Source: Negativicutes bacterium (GTDB lineage: Bacteria > Bacillota > Negativicutes > UBA1444). Taken from it: DNA of 64,000 nt. Positions 30,850-43,656 of this stretch are shown one piece after another. Under the pieces are notes generated by a model. It was not told the DNA's origin and made no database searches. It worked only from the letters and a program-made list of their open reading frames with translations. The stretch covers positions 160,001 through 224,000 of the forward strand of contig CAXXIN010000016.1 in NCBI GenBank assembly GCA_963665275.2. Reading direction: 5' to 3'. The first letter of the stretch is position 1. The number at the start of each line of letters is the position of its first letter. The translations under genes and the position numbers were made by a program.

Positions 30850-31587
30850 TCACAGGCTCATCGGGAAGACTTCGTAGCGTACCCAGTTTGCAACCGCCGG
30901 TACGAAACGCTCTGATTGGCAGCTGAAACTGTGGCCATGGTCCGGCAGCAGCAGCAATCGCTTGGGCTCTTTCGCCGCGGCAAAAAGAGTCCGCCCGTGT
31001 TCCACAGGGACCGTCGTGTCGTCCAGACCGTGCACGATCAGTAGTGGTATCCCGGCCAAGTTGTGGGCCGTAGCCGGGAGGTTGTAGGCATCAAAGTCCT
31101 GGATGAATTCAGGAGTCAGATAGACCGGTTCTCCCTCGTGAAAAACGGTGACGGATTGTCCCTGCTCCAGCCGGGTATAGTCGTCGCCCAGAATGCCGCG
31201 AAAAGTTGCCGGGAGGTCAGCCGGTGAAGCCATCAGGCAAAGACCGGAGAGGCCTGGGTGAACCGCGGCAAAGGCAAGAGCCGCCGCCGCTCCCATGCTG
31301 CGGCCAAGGAGGGCGATTTCATCGCCCAATTGCTTCTGGCAATAATCCACTACGGCGCCGATTTCCTTAATCTGCCGGGAAAGACAGCGTTGCGGCGTAA
31401 AACTGAAACGAAGCACGGCTATCTCCAGATCATTCAGGCGGTCCGCCAACTCCAGCGAACTGCCTCCTGCGGCGGAGCCGCAGAAACCATGGCACACGAT
31501 CAAAACCGGACGGTTCTGACCTGATGGTGCGGGATGAAAATAGGCTGCCAGAGCCGAGTCTTCAAAAGGGATAGAAAAATTTCGCAC
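30850..31587 (-). CDS. Alpha/beta hydrolase
   Basis: HGF, GRSMG, HGLDD…VP and GHSF catalytic-triad pattern. Confidence 0.88.
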   Translation of the reverse strand: MRNFSIPFEDSALAAYFHPAPSGQNRPVLIVCHGFCGSAAGGSSLELADRLNDLEIAVLRFSFTPQRCLSRQIKEIGAVVDYCQKQLGDEIALLGRSMGAAAALAFAAVHPGLSGLCLMASPADLPATFRGILGDDYTRLEQGQSVTVFHEGEPVYLTPEFIQDFDAYNLPATAHNLAGIPLLIVHGLDDTTVPVEHGRTLFAAAKEPKRLLLLPDHGHSFSCQSERFVPAVANWVRYEVFPMSL

Positions 31588-31617
31588 AGGGAAACCTCCT
31601 GCAAATAACTTGCTAAT

Positions 31618-31651
31618 AAAAAACAGGCCGCCCCGATTGGGACGGCCTGTT
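31618..31651 (-). terminator. Terminator of the zinc-ribbon gene
   Basis: Minus strand aacaggccgtccc-aatc-ggggcggcctgtttttt. Confidence 0.75.
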
Positions 31652-31711
31652 GCTTTTCAGCGGATGGACTAACGGAGCCTGCGTCCGCGACGTGCCTCGC
31701 TGGGTTAAGAC

Positions 31712-32023
31712 TTATCGACCGAAGCCGCGAGTCTTTTGGAAGCAGTCCCGGCAATAAACCGGACGGTCGCTACGCGGGGCAAAAGGAACTTGGGTTTCTA
31801 CGCCGCACTCGGCGCAAACTGCCGGATACATCTGACGCTCGCCGCCTTGACCTTGGTTGCTTCCGCCACCAAAGTTGCCGCGTTGTTTACGAGCGGAGCG
31901 GCAGGTAGGGCAACGGCCCGGCTCGTTTTGGAATCCTTTTTCAGCGTAGAATTCTTGCTCACGCGCGGTGAACTCGAAATCAACTCCGCAATCTCTGCAT
32001 TTCAATACTTTGTCTTCAAACAT
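31712..32023 (-). CDS. Zinc-ribbon / CxxC-x17-CxxC domain protein (putative nucleic-acid binding)
   Basis: MFEDKVLKCRDCG…EQEFYAEKGFQNEPGRCPTCR, Gly-rich linker, CAECG…VPFAP…PVYCRDCF; ATG behind GAGGAGG. Confidence 0.9.
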   Translation of the reverse strand: MFEDKVLKCRDCGVDFEFTAREQEFYAEKGFQNEPGRCPTCRSARKQRGNFGGGSNQGQGGERQMYPAVCAECGVETQVPFAPRSDRPVYCRDCFQKTRGFGR

Positions 32024-32178
32024 GGAAAATCCTCCTCTGTCATCCTGCTCAGCGGACTCGGGACGACGTGGCTTTCCGACCTCTCCGGCAGGCAAAACTA
32101 GAAGAGGAGAACGGGCACGGGGTCACGGGAACGAATTTTGGGCAGGGGCGCATCGTAAATATAGTTATGCGCAATAAT

Positions 32179-32207
32179 ACTATATCAGAATAAAAATAAT
32201 GCGTCAA
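32179..32207 (-). promoter_or_regulatory. sigmaA promoter of the zinc-ribbon gene, defining a ~150-nt leader
   Basis: Minus strand TTGACG-N17-TATAGT with TG. Confidence 0.7.
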
Positions 32208-32334
32208 TAATAAGGTTGCTGCCGAGGCAGGATTTTGCCGAAATAACGCGAAAATTTATTAGCTACCATATTATTTAATTAATGCGCGTCAAGTGTATCG
32301 CTCGGAAGAATTTAAGAACTGGAGGTTTGAAACA

Positions 32335-33444
32335 ATGCTTGAAAAAGAACAGCGGATTCAGGAATATTACGATGTATTGCATGCGATGCCGGAGGTCGGG
32401 TTTGAAGAACACCTCACTGCGGCGTGGTTGGCTGAAAAAGTTAAAGACGCGGGATTCACCGTGAAAACCGGCGTTGGTGGTACCGGCGTGATTGCGACGC
32501 TGCAGGGAAAAGAGCCCGGCCCGACAGTCGCGCTGCGCGCCGACATGGACGCATTGCAACATACCGTTGCGGGGAAAGAGGTTTGTGTCCACTCCTGCGG
32601 CCATGACTCTCACTGTTCGATGGTGCTGACCGCCGCGGAAGAACTGGCCAAAGCCGGAATCAAACGCGGAATGTTGAAGATCCTGTTCCAGCCGGCGGAA
32701 GAAAAGCTGTTTGGAGCGACGCGAATGATCGAAGCTGGAGCGATCGATGACGTAGATGTGCTGCTGGGGATTCATCTCAGACCAGGGCAGGAAGCTAAGA
32801 CTGGACAGGCGACTCCGGCTTTGTACCACGGGTCAAGTTATATCATGGAAGCGACCATCACCGGCCAAACGGCTCACGGCGCCCGACCCCATCTCGGTAT
32901 CAATGCCATCGATGCTGCAGCCGCGGTCGTTACGGCCGTGAATGCCATCCATATCAACCCTGTGATTCCCTGTTCCTGTAAAGTGACCAAGCTGACCGCT
33001 GGCGGCGCGACCTTGAACCAGATCCCGGATAAGGCAGTAATGGCGCTGGATTGCCGGGCACAGCAAAATGATGCGATGCAGACGCTGCTATTGAAAGCTG
33101 AAGCAGCAATCAAGGCAGGGGCCGCTACGGTAGGCGCCACGGCGGAGACCGTAGTGAAGGGCGGCGTTCCTGGCGCGGAATACCATCCGGAAATCATCGA
33201 ACTGGCGCGGGAAGCGATCAGGGCGGTGTTGGGCGAGCAAGGTTTGCTGGACCCAATCATAACTCCTGGAGGCGAAGATTTTCATAACTTCGTGAAAGCC
33301 AAACCTTCTCTGAAAGCCGGTTATATTGGGCTTGGCTGCAACCTGACGCCGGGACTGCACGATCCGTCGATGAAATTCGATCGGTCGGCCATGATCAATG
33401 GCGCTGACATCTTGACGGTGATGGTGGGGAAATTGCTGAAATAA
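32335..33444 (+). CDS. M20 family amidohydrolase (AmhX-like)
   Basis: LRADMDAL, HSCGHD, FQPAEE, GGEDF and GLH motifs. Confidence 0.92.
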   Translation: MLEKEQRIQEYYDVLHAMPEVGFEEHLTAAWLAEKVKDAGFTVKTGVGGTGVIATLQGKEPGPTVALRADMDALQHTVAGKEVCVHSCGHDSHCSMVLTAAEELAKAGIKRGMLKILFQPAEEKLFGATRMIEAGAIDDVDVLLGIHLRPGQEAKTGQATPALYHGSSYIMEATITGQTAHGARPHLGINAIDAAAAVVTAVNAIHINPVIPCSCKVTKLTAGGATLNQIPDKAVMALDCRAQQNDAMQTLLLKAEAAIKAGAATVGATAETVVKGGVPGAEYHPEIIELAREAIRAVLGEQGLLDPIITPGGEDFHNFVKAKPSLKAGYIGLGCNLTPGLHDPSMKFDRSAMINGADILTVMVGKLLK

Positions 33445-33633
33445 CTTAGAAACCTATTTTCGATTGTTCTGAAAGTTGATGCCTACATGGAGCCGTTGGG
33501 GAACTTGCAAAAAGTTGTCTGCGGCTCTTTTTTGCGTTAAGTGAGAACAGCGATATAATATAGCTATCAGGCAGATAAGGAATCCTGCGTAGGCAGGATT
33601 TTCATTTTTTAAAGGGTAAGGGGTCATCGAAAC

Positions 33634-35775
33634 GTGAAATTATATATTGCGGAAAAACCCAGCTTGGGAGCGGAGATCGCGAAGTATCTGCCAGGCCCGG
33701 TCAGCCGCAGGGATGGCTATATTACGACAGGCGCCGGCGTGGTTACCTGGGGTTTTGGCCACATTCTCCGTCAGGCGGAACCGGGTGAATATGATCCGAA
33801 ATATGAAAAATGGCGAATGGAAGACTTGCCGATTATTCCGGGAGACTGGAAACTGCTGGTATCGGCTTCCTGCCAAAAACAGTTCGGAGTGATCAAGAGG
33901 CTGATCGAGGAAGCGTCCGAAATCGTCCATGCCGGTGACCCGGACAGGGAAGGGCAACTGCTGATTGACGAAGTACTGGAGTATGTAGGGAACCAAAAGC
34001 CGGTTCAGAGGATCTTGCTCAATGCACTTGATGAAAAAAGCGTCAGGAAAGCGCTCGCTAATTTGCGCGACAATCACGATTTCTATGATCTGAAGCAGTC
34101 CGCGCTGGCCAGAGCTCGCGCTGATTGGCTGATCGGGATGAATTTTTCCCGGGCGTTCACACTGGCTGCCCAACGGGCCGGTCACCAGGCGACGCTGCCA
34201 GTGGGCCGGGTGAAAACTCCGACCTTGGCTCTTGTTGTCAGACGGGAGCGGGAGATAGAGAGCTTCCAGCTGGCGGATTATTTTACGGTAAAGGCCGATT
34301 TTGAACATGAAAAGGGCGTTTTCACCGCCTATTGGAAACCAGGGGACGATCAGTTGGGGCTGGATGCCGAAGGACGTCTCTCTGATGCGGCGATCGCGCA
34401 GGCGTTGCTTGATAAACTGGCTGTTCCTCCTGTCACCGCTGAGATTGTCCTATGCGAGACAACAGAGAAGAAGGAGCCGCAACGGTTGCCTTTGTCGCTT
34501 TCCTCGTTACAGGTGATGGCCGGGAAGAAGTATGGTTATGATCCGCAACTTGTTTTGGACACAGCGCAAAAACTATATGAAAAGAAGATTACCACGTATC
34601 CGCGTTCGGATTGCGATTTTTTGCCTGAATCACAATGGGACGATGCAGTCGTCATCATGGGGAATCTGTGCGGCGTCGAACTGAATGAACTTTCGGGCTG
34701 GGCCGGCCGGGCTGACATGCACATACGCAGCCGGGCCTGGAATGATAAAAAGATCACGGCCCATCATGCGATTATTCCAACGATGGAAAAATGCAATGAG
34801 AAAAGTTTGAGCGAGACCGAACGAAATCTGTATTTTCTCATAGCGCAGGCATATATCGCTCAGTTTTTTCCTGTACATGCTTACAGCCAGACGCGCATCG
34901 GAGTTCGCCACGCGGGGGAGGAGTTTTCAGCCGGAGGACGGATCGTCCGTGAACTTGGCTGGAAGGAACTTTACAGCGCGGATACCGAGGAGAAAAAGGA
35001 CGAAGACGAAGGGCTATTGCCGCCGATGAAAATGGGCGATACGGCTGATTTTCAGAAGGCGACCGCCGAGAAGAAGAGTACCCGTCCGCCCGGTAGATTT
35101 ACTGCCGCCACACTGCTCGCGGCGATGAAAGAAATCCACAAGTACGTGAAAAATCCGGAACTGAAAAAACAGCTGAAAGATGTGAGCGGTATCGGTACCG
35201 AAGCCACACGGGCCACCATCATCAAGGAGCTTGTCACGCGCGGTTTTCTCAGCGAGGAAAAGAAGAAAAAATTTCTGATTCCGACGGAGTCGGCGTATCT
35301 GCTGATTGATGCGTTGCCGGAGGAACTCACCTATCCCGACTCGACGGCTCTTTGGGAAGGCATATTGCAGCGCATGGCCGAGGGGGCGGAGAGCCTCGAA
35401 CAGTTTCTAACGCAACAGGCGGAGTTCACAGCCGGCATCTGCGCGATGGCAGCCGGTCTGAATATGATACTGAAGGGCGACCACCCCTGCCCCCAATGCG
35501 GCAAGGGCGTCTTGCGGCCGCGAAACGGCAGGAACGGAAAGTTTTGGGGTTGCTCCCAATATCCGGCGTGCAGGGCAGCGTATGACGATAAGGACGGGGA
35601 ACCGCTCAAACCGAAGTATTCCTGCCCGCGATGCAAAAGTGGGGCGCTCCAGCAGATCACAGGGAAAAACGGCGTGTTCTGGGGCTGCACGAAATACCCT
35701 GACTGCCGGACTACTTTTAATGACAGGGATGGAGCGCCGGATATGCCGGCGCCGCAAAAACAGGCGGGGGTTTAA
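33634..35775 (+). CDS. topB: DNA topoisomerase III with two C-terminal zinc ribbons
   Basis: IAEKPS, DPDREG, GRVKTPTL, TYPRSD, AHHAIIPT and GIGTEATR motifs. Confidence 0.95.
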   Translation: MKLYIAEKPSLGAEIAKYLPGPVSRRDGYITTGAGVVTWGFGHILRQAEPGEYDPKYEKWRMEDLPIIPGDWKLLVSASCQKQFGVIKRLIEEASEIVHAGDPDREGQLLIDEVLEYVGNQKPVQRILLNALDEKSVRKALANLRDNHDFYDLKQSALARARADWLIGMNFSRAFTLAAQRAGHQATLPVGRVKTPTLALVVRREREIESFQLADYFTVKADFEHEKGVFTAYWKPGDDQLGLDAEGRLSDAAIAQALLDKLAVPPVTAEIVLCETTEKKEPQRLPLSLSSLQVMAGKKYGYDPQLVLDTAQKLYEKKITTYPRSDCDFLPESQWDDAVVIMGNLCGVELNELSGWAGRADMHIRSRAWNDKKITAHHAIIPTMEKCNEKSLSETERNLYFLIAQAYIAQFFPVHAYSQTRIGVRHAGEEFSAGGRIVRELGWKELYSADTEEKKDEDEGLLPPMKMGDTADFQKATAEKKSTRPPGRFTAATLLAAMKEIHKYVKNPELKKQLKDVSGIGTEATRATIIKELVTRGFLSEEKKKKFLIPTESAYLLIDALPEELTYPDSTALWEGILQRMAEGAESLEQFLTQQAEFTAGICAMAAGLNMILKGDHPCPQCGKGVLRPRNGRNGKFWGCSQYPACRAAYDDKDGEPLKPKYSCPRCKSGALQQITGKNGVFWGCTKYPDCRTTFNDRDGAPDMPAPQKQAGV

Positions 35776-35777
35776 GC

Positions 35778-38305
35778 GTGAACGATCTGCCAATTGACGC
35801 CGTGTTGCCGGAATTAAAAAAGACAGTTGCGGATAGGCCCCGGGTGGTACTGGTGGCCCCGCCGGGCGCCGGAAAAACCACCCGCGTGCCTTTGGCTTTG
35901 TTGAATGAGCCCTGGATGGCACGACGGAAAATCATTATGCTGGAACCCCGCAGGCTGGCTGCCCGCGCAGTTGCCAGGTATATGGCGACGCTTTTGGGTG
36001 AACCAGTGGGAAGGACTATCGGCTATCGGGTGCACCGAGATACATGCGTGAGCTCAGAAACACGAATCGAAGTTGTGACAGAGGGGGTGCTGACCCGCCT
36101 GCTGCAAAGCGATCCAGCATTAGAGGCTGCAGGACTCGTTATTTTTGATGAGTTTCATGAGCGCAGCCTGCAGGCCGATCTTGGATTGGCGCTGACTCTC
36201 CAGAGCCAGGCCTTGCTGCGGGAAGACCTGAAGATCCTGGTAATGTCGGCTACGCTGGAAACGGAGGCGGTCGCCGCATTGCTGGGAAACGCTCCAGTAA
36301 TCTGCAGCAGTGGGAAGAATTTTCCGATCCAAACCTATTATTTGCCGCGACCGGCAGAGGGCCGGGTGGAAAATAATGTTGCGACCGCAGTTCAGGAGGC
36401 TTTGCAGCAGCAAACGGGAGATATCCTTGTCTTCCTGCCCGGCGCCGGAGAGATCAGGCGTGTGGCGAGTTTGCTTGTCGGGAAAATAGAGGATGAGCAC
36501 ATCGAAATAAGCCTCCTGTACGGAGACCTTTCGCAGGCCCAGCAGGACGCGGCGCTTTTGCCGGCAAGACCCGGACAGCGCAAAATTGTGCTGGCGACTT
36601 CGATTGCTGAGACCAGTCTCACGGTGGAAGGGGTAGCGGTCGTGATTGACAGCGGACTGATGCGTGTGCCTCGGTATTCACCCCGCACCGGAATGTCGAG
36701 GTTGGCAACAGTGCCGGTATCGAGTTCTTCGGCTGATCAGCGTAGAGGCCGGGCAGGACGTCTCGCCCCAGGAAGCTGCTATCGTCTGTGGACGGAGCAG
36801 GAAGATGCCAGGCTGGCAGCGCGCAATACGCCTGAAATATTGGAGAGTGATTTGACCTCCCTCGCTCTGGAATTGGCGGCGTGGGGCATTGCCGAACCAC
36901 AGGAGCTCCAGTGGCTTGATTTGCCACCGAGCGCCGCGTGGCAACAAGCCGGAGAGTTGCTCCGAGAATTGGGGGCTCTGGACAGGAACGGGAAAATAAC
37001 TCCGCACGGCAGACAGATGAAACGGGACAGGACTGCATCCCCGGTTGGCGCACATGTTGCTGGCTTCCGCAGCCATGGGCAGGGAACAGGAGGCGTGCGC
37101 TCTGGCGGCGCTGCTCAGCGAGCGGGATGTGCTGCGCAGTACGGATGGGGCGGAAGATGTCGATCTGCGACTGCGCCTGGAGATTATCCAACAAGGGCAG
37201 GCGGGGTTGGATCAAGCCGGTTATGCGGGTCATAGCGTTGATCGGAACCGAATGGGCCCGCTTGCGGCAGGAAATCGGGTATTGGCAAAAAAGACTTGGC
37301 CTAGCCGAAAAAATGAGTTTTGACAGTAACTGTTGCGGGATTCTCCTGGCGTTGGCCTATCCTGACAGGATCGGGCAGGGTCGGGGTCGGCGGCCGTTTT
37401 TTGCTGCGGAACGGCAGAGGCGCGGCGTTGAAAGAACAGCAACCACTGGCGTCGGAGGCGTTCATCGTGGCAGCTGATCTTGGCGGATGCCGGTTCAGAC
37501 AGCCGTATCTTTTCCGCTGCGACGGTAACGGAACACGAACTGCGTCAGTATATGGCGGAACAGATCGAGAAAACGATCTCGACCGGCTGGGATGCAGGGA
37601 CGAAAAGCGTCCGCTCTCTTAAAACCGAGAAGCTCGGTGCGTTGGTTCTGAAAGAAGAACTCGTAACGCCGGAGGATGGGGAGTTGGTCTTGACAGCGCT
37701 GCTGCAGGGGATTCGGCTGGAAGGACCGGCAATATTGCCGTGGACCCACGGCAGCAGGCAACTGGCAGCACGGTTGCAGTTCATGCATCGTCTCGAGCCG
37801 GAGTGGCCGGATGTCGCGGAAGGCCAGTTGATGTTCGAGCTGGAAACCTGGCTGGCTCCTTATCTGCACGGCATCAGAAACGCACAGCAACTCAGCAGAC
37901 TCAAATTGGGCGATATTCTTGAGGCGAGGCTGACCCTGGGCGCAGAAACAACTTCTCAACGAATGGGCCCCCGACCCAGCTGGAGATTCCCAGTGGCCGT
38001 CGCGCTGCGGTTGATTATACCGACCCGGCGGCGCCGGTATTGGCGGTTAAACTACAAGAAATGTTCGGAGCGACAGAGACCCCTGTCCTTGGCGGCGGTC
38101 GTATACCAGTAACGCTTCAACTGTTGTCGCCGGCAGGTCGTCCCATACAGGTAACCCGCGATTTGGCCAGCCTTTTGGCGCACTGGATATTTCGCCGTCA
38201 AAAAGGATCTCAAGGGGAGATATCCCAAACATTACTGGCCGGAGGACCCGTTCAAGGCGGTGCCGACCACCCCGTGTCAGACCCCGGGAAGGAGATTTTT
38301 CATGA
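35778..38305 (+). CDS. hrpB: ATP-dependent helicase HrpB, reading frame broken by 8 single-base insertions (probable assembly errors; about 839 aa when corrected)
   Basis: GAGKTT, DEFHER, MSAT and QRRGRAGR, then [27 protein letters not shown] and [13 protein letters not shown] in successive +1 frames; corrected stop overlaps the next ATG (ATGA). Confidence 0.9.
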
Positions 38306-38760
38306 AAATCATTGTTGATGCGGATGCCTGCCCGAAAAACGCGCTGCAACTGTGCATTCAAATAGCCGGCGAACACCAGATCGCGGTTTGGACAGTAGCC
38401 AGCTTCAATCACAACATTGTGTCCGATCATCATGTCGTGGTCGGAAATGCCTCGCAGGAAGCGGATATCAAAGTGATCAATTTGAGCGAGGCCGGCGATA
38501 TCGTCATCACCCAGGACTGGGGCCTGGCCGCAATGGTTCTCGGTAAACCAGCCTTTTGCCTGAGTCCGTCCGGTCGTGAATACCGAGCCGACAACATAGA
38601 ATTTCTCATGGAAGAGCGCGAAATCAAGGCCAAGTTGCGGCGCGGAGGCGGCAGGACCAAAGGACCGGCCAAGCGCACACCCGAAGATGACCGGGTTTTC
38701 GCGGCAACGCTGCAACGAATCCTCAAGCATGCGCTGGAAACGACAAAAGGGTTCCGATGA
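38302..38760 (+). CDS. YaiI/YqxD (UPF0178) family protein
   Basis: [22 protein letters not shown] and [10 protein letters not shown] motifs. Confidence 0.92.
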   Translation: MKIIVDADACPKNALQLCIQIAGEHQIAVWTVASFNHNIVSDHHVVVGNASQEADIKVINLSEAGDIVITQDWGLAAMVLGKPAFCLSPSGREYRADNIEFLMEEREIKAKLRRGGGRTKGPAKRTPEDDRVFAATLQRILKHALETTKGFR

Positions 38761-38917
38761 CTTGCCGCATTCACCTACAGGAACAAAGGTGCTCTAGCAA
38801 TTTGATATAGCATAGGATTCTGCGCTGCAGGGGAAAATGAACCTGCGAGAGAATTAAGTAGGCAGGGAACTGATTCAGTAAAGTTGGACAGCTTGTCGGA
38901 GGGTCAAAGGAGGGCGT

Positions 38918-41863
38918 ATGAAACGATTCGTTGATTTGAAAGCGCGCTTTTCGGGTGTGCATGATCTGATTAAGTTCAGGGTTACTGAAATATTGCTGAT
39001 CTCAACCGTGTACGATGGGTTTGTTCTGGAGGAAGATGGCGGGCTGGCAGAACAGATTTACCATCAGTTCTCCGACTTGAGCCTGCCCTTCATCCCGCGG
39101 ATTCACAGGGTATCCGGGCAGGACGAAGCAATGGAAGAACTCGCTACACGTCCGATTCACCTGATCATCACGATGTCCCGGATCAGCGATATGGAATCCT
39201 TTGAATTTGAAAAATCGATCAAAATTGCTTATCCCGACATTCCCATTGTAATGCTATCTTATGACAGGCTGACTCCGGACATGATCGCCATCATCAGAAA
39301 CAATCCGTGCATCGACAGGGCTTTTCATTGGTCGGGGGACAGCAAGATACTACTTGCCATCATCAAATACATCGAAGATGCGAAGAACGTGGAAGAGGAC
39401 AGCAAGCAGGGCGTGCAGGTGATCCTGCTGGTAGAAGATTCGCCGATCTATTATTCGCGGATTTTGCCAATTATTTATACCGAAATTTTGACGCAAACCC
39501 GGCATCTGCTGTTGCATGCCATGAACGTCAATCACGGTCTGCTCCGCATCCGGCTGCGGCCGAAGATTCTGCTCGCGGAATCTTACGAAGAGGCAATGTC
39601 GATCATCTACACATATCGTAACAACTTGTTGGGCGTTATTTCTGATGTCCGGTTTCCCAAAGATGGAGAAATCAACCCAACTGCTGGCTTCGAACTCGCT
39701 CGGCAGGTTAGAGCGTTGATCAGCAATTTTCCGGTGCTGCTGCAGTCGGAGGAAATACAGCATGCGGCGCAAGCCCGGGCAATCAATGTGCATTTTTTGG
39801 ACAAAAATTCACCGAATCTGCTGCATGAGTTGCGCACTTTTATTTTGGAGAATTATGGCTTCGGTCCTTTCGTTTTCCGTTACCCGGACGGCCGGGCCAT
39901 CGATGAAGCCAGCGATATCACTAACTTGGAGCGGATCATTCGTGATCTGCCGGACGAAAGCCTTTACTATCATGCGGTCAACAATCATTTTTCTCGCTGG
40001 TTCAGGGCCGGACTGAATTCGAAGTGGCGGACAAGCTGAGGCTAGTGGACGCAACGGACGTCTATAATATTGCCGATATCCGAACCTATATCCTGAATGT
40101 ACTGAATGCCTATTTCCAGCGATATCAATCCGGCGTAATCCTTGACTTTCGAAGGACTCTCTAAAAAAGACATGGAAAATGCCTTTATCAAGCTGGGGAC
40201 GGGTTCCTTGGGCGGAAAAGCCAGAGGGATAGCCTTTATCAATTCCATGATTACGAAGGCCTTCCTGACAGACAAATATGAAGATATCAAAGTGAAGGTT
40301 CCTCGGTCTTTTGTAATCTGCAGTGATGTTTTTGAAAAATTTATCGAAGATAATAATCTTTACAATTTTACTGCCCAAGCACCCGCGGAAGAAGTGATCG
40401 CGCAAAAGTTCGTGCAATGTGACTTGCTGGCTTCGATTCAGGAGAATCTACGTGTTTTGACTCAAGTGATCACTTGTCCGCTGGCGGTCCGTTCGTCGAG
40501 CATCCTCGAGGATTCAAGGGTGCTGCCGTTCGCAGGTATCTATAAAACTTATATTGTGCCCAATAGTCACGAAAACCCTGAAATCCGCTACAAGCAACTT
40601 TGTGACGCGGTCAAACTTGTATACGCGTCAGTTTTTTATGCGGCACCGATGCAATATGCAGGGAACGCCGATATCCGGATCGAGGAAGAAAAAATGGCCG
40701 TCTTGATCCAGGAGCTGGTCGGTGAAAGTCATGGCGATCTCTATTATCCAGCCATCTCCGGCGTAGCCCAGTCTTACAATTTTTACCCCTATTACCCGAT
40801 GACGCCCGAAGAAGGAACGGTCAGTCTGGCCCTGGGGCTGGGAAAGATTATTGTTGAAGGCGAACAGGTATACCGTTTCTCGCCGGATCATCCCAAAATG
40901 AATCCGTTGTTTGCCAGTCCGGAAGATTACCTGAAAAAATCGCAAAATGGGTTTTATGCACTCAATCTCAAAACTTCTGCGGAAACTGCGCTATGCGCCG
41001 ATGATGCTTGCAATTACGAAAAGTTGCCGATTTCTCAGGCAGATGCGGATCAGTCACTGGATTATGTGGGCAGCACCTATTCTGCTGAAAATGACTGTAT
41101 TTATGACAATGTGAACCAACCGGGTCCCAAGCTTGTGACGTTCGCACCGATTCTGAAATATAACCGGCTGCCACTGACGAACATTATCAAAGATTTCCTG
41201 GGCCTCGGAAAACAAGCTTTCAGCGCCAATATTGAAATTGAATTCGCCGTCAATATTCCTAAGGATAAAAGCAAACCCAAAGAATTTTATTTCTTGCAGA
41301 TCCGGCCCATGGTAGTCGGCAGGGAAGCGGTTCAGGTCAAAATTGATGATCGGCGGGATGCTTGGTGCTTCAGCCACCGCACGATCGGCAATGGCTTTTA
41401 TTCCAATATCCGCGATATTATTTTTGTTGATCCGGAAACTTTTCGGCTGCAGGACAGTGACCAGATTGCCAGTGAAATCGGTGAGCTCAACAGCCTGTTA
41501 TTCAAGGAAGGGCGACGGTGCATCCTCATCGGATTCGGCAGGCTGGGGACTTCCGACCGATGGTTGGGCATACCTCTGACCTGGGCGCAAATGTCGCAGG
41601 CGCGAATTGTCGTGGAAGCCGACCGCAAGGAACTGCGGCCGGAACCTTCATTGGGCAGTCATTTCTTTCATAATCTGACAGCTACCAATATGGGCTATTT
41701 CCACATTCAATATGAAAATGAAGCGGAAGCGCAGTTGGATTGGGAGTGGTTGTTGCAGCAGCCGATCTGGAAACAGACGAAATATGTAAAGTTGATCAGG
41801 CGTGATGAGCCTTTCCTAGTCAAGATCGACGGGAGAAATTTCAACGGAATAATATATAAATGA
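38918..41863 (+). CDS. Receiver-like domains fused to a PEP/pyruvate-binding (PPDK_N, ATP-grasp) domain, about 981 aa; split by a -1 (~40010) and a +1 (~40148) indel
   Basis: ILLVEDSP and GVISDVRFP; bridging frame TEFEVADKLRL…YQSGVILD; GSLGGKARG, AVRSSSILED…FAGIY and FLQIRP. Confidence 0.85.
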
Positions 41864-42095
41864 GATGACGACTGGCTTCAATGAGTATTGGAGCCGCTTT
41901 TTTTCACAGAACAACCGGAAGAACAAAATCGTTAAATATCACGAAAATAGGGGATAATGCGAGCTGAACAGAGATGATGTGCCATAATAACGGCGCAGAT
42001 GTCTGAAAATTGTACCAACATTGTGTATACAAAATTCTAAATGCGTTGTAAAATAAAGACAACCGCACAACAAGCAAGTTCGTTGTAATATGTAA

Positions 42096-43493
<1,398 letters not shown>

Positions 43494-43506
43494 TAAGCCT
43501 CTGCCA

Positions 43507-43557
43507 AAGAACGGGATCCCCGCAGCTGAAAGAGCTCGGGGATCCCGTTCTTTATTT
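43507..43557 (+). terminator. Terminator of gdhA
   Basis: aagaacgggatccccg…cggggatcccgttctttt. Confidence 0.8.
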
Positions 43558-43656
43558 TAGACTGAAATTGCCCGTTTGAAAGGAATTGTTCGGGAATATG
43601 GCGAAGAATAACAACGACTGAAATTCGAATCTAATTGTACGAGGGAGGAAAATTAA

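Noticed and set aside
35778-38305. Programmed frameshifting or true pseudogenisation of hrpB
   Set aside because: Eight same-direction insertions in short G/C runs with no nonsense codons fit sequencing error better than recoding or decay
40037-40039. TGA ending ORF 38918-40039 as a possible selenocysteine codon
   Set aside because: A continuous bridging frame (TEFEVADKLR…) shows that the TGA arises from an upstream 1-nt deletion
41997-42011. CodY-like box AGATGTCTGAAAATT upstream of gdhA
   Set aside because: Three mismatches to AATTTTCWGAAAATT in AT-rich DNA; plausible but not supportable from sequence alone
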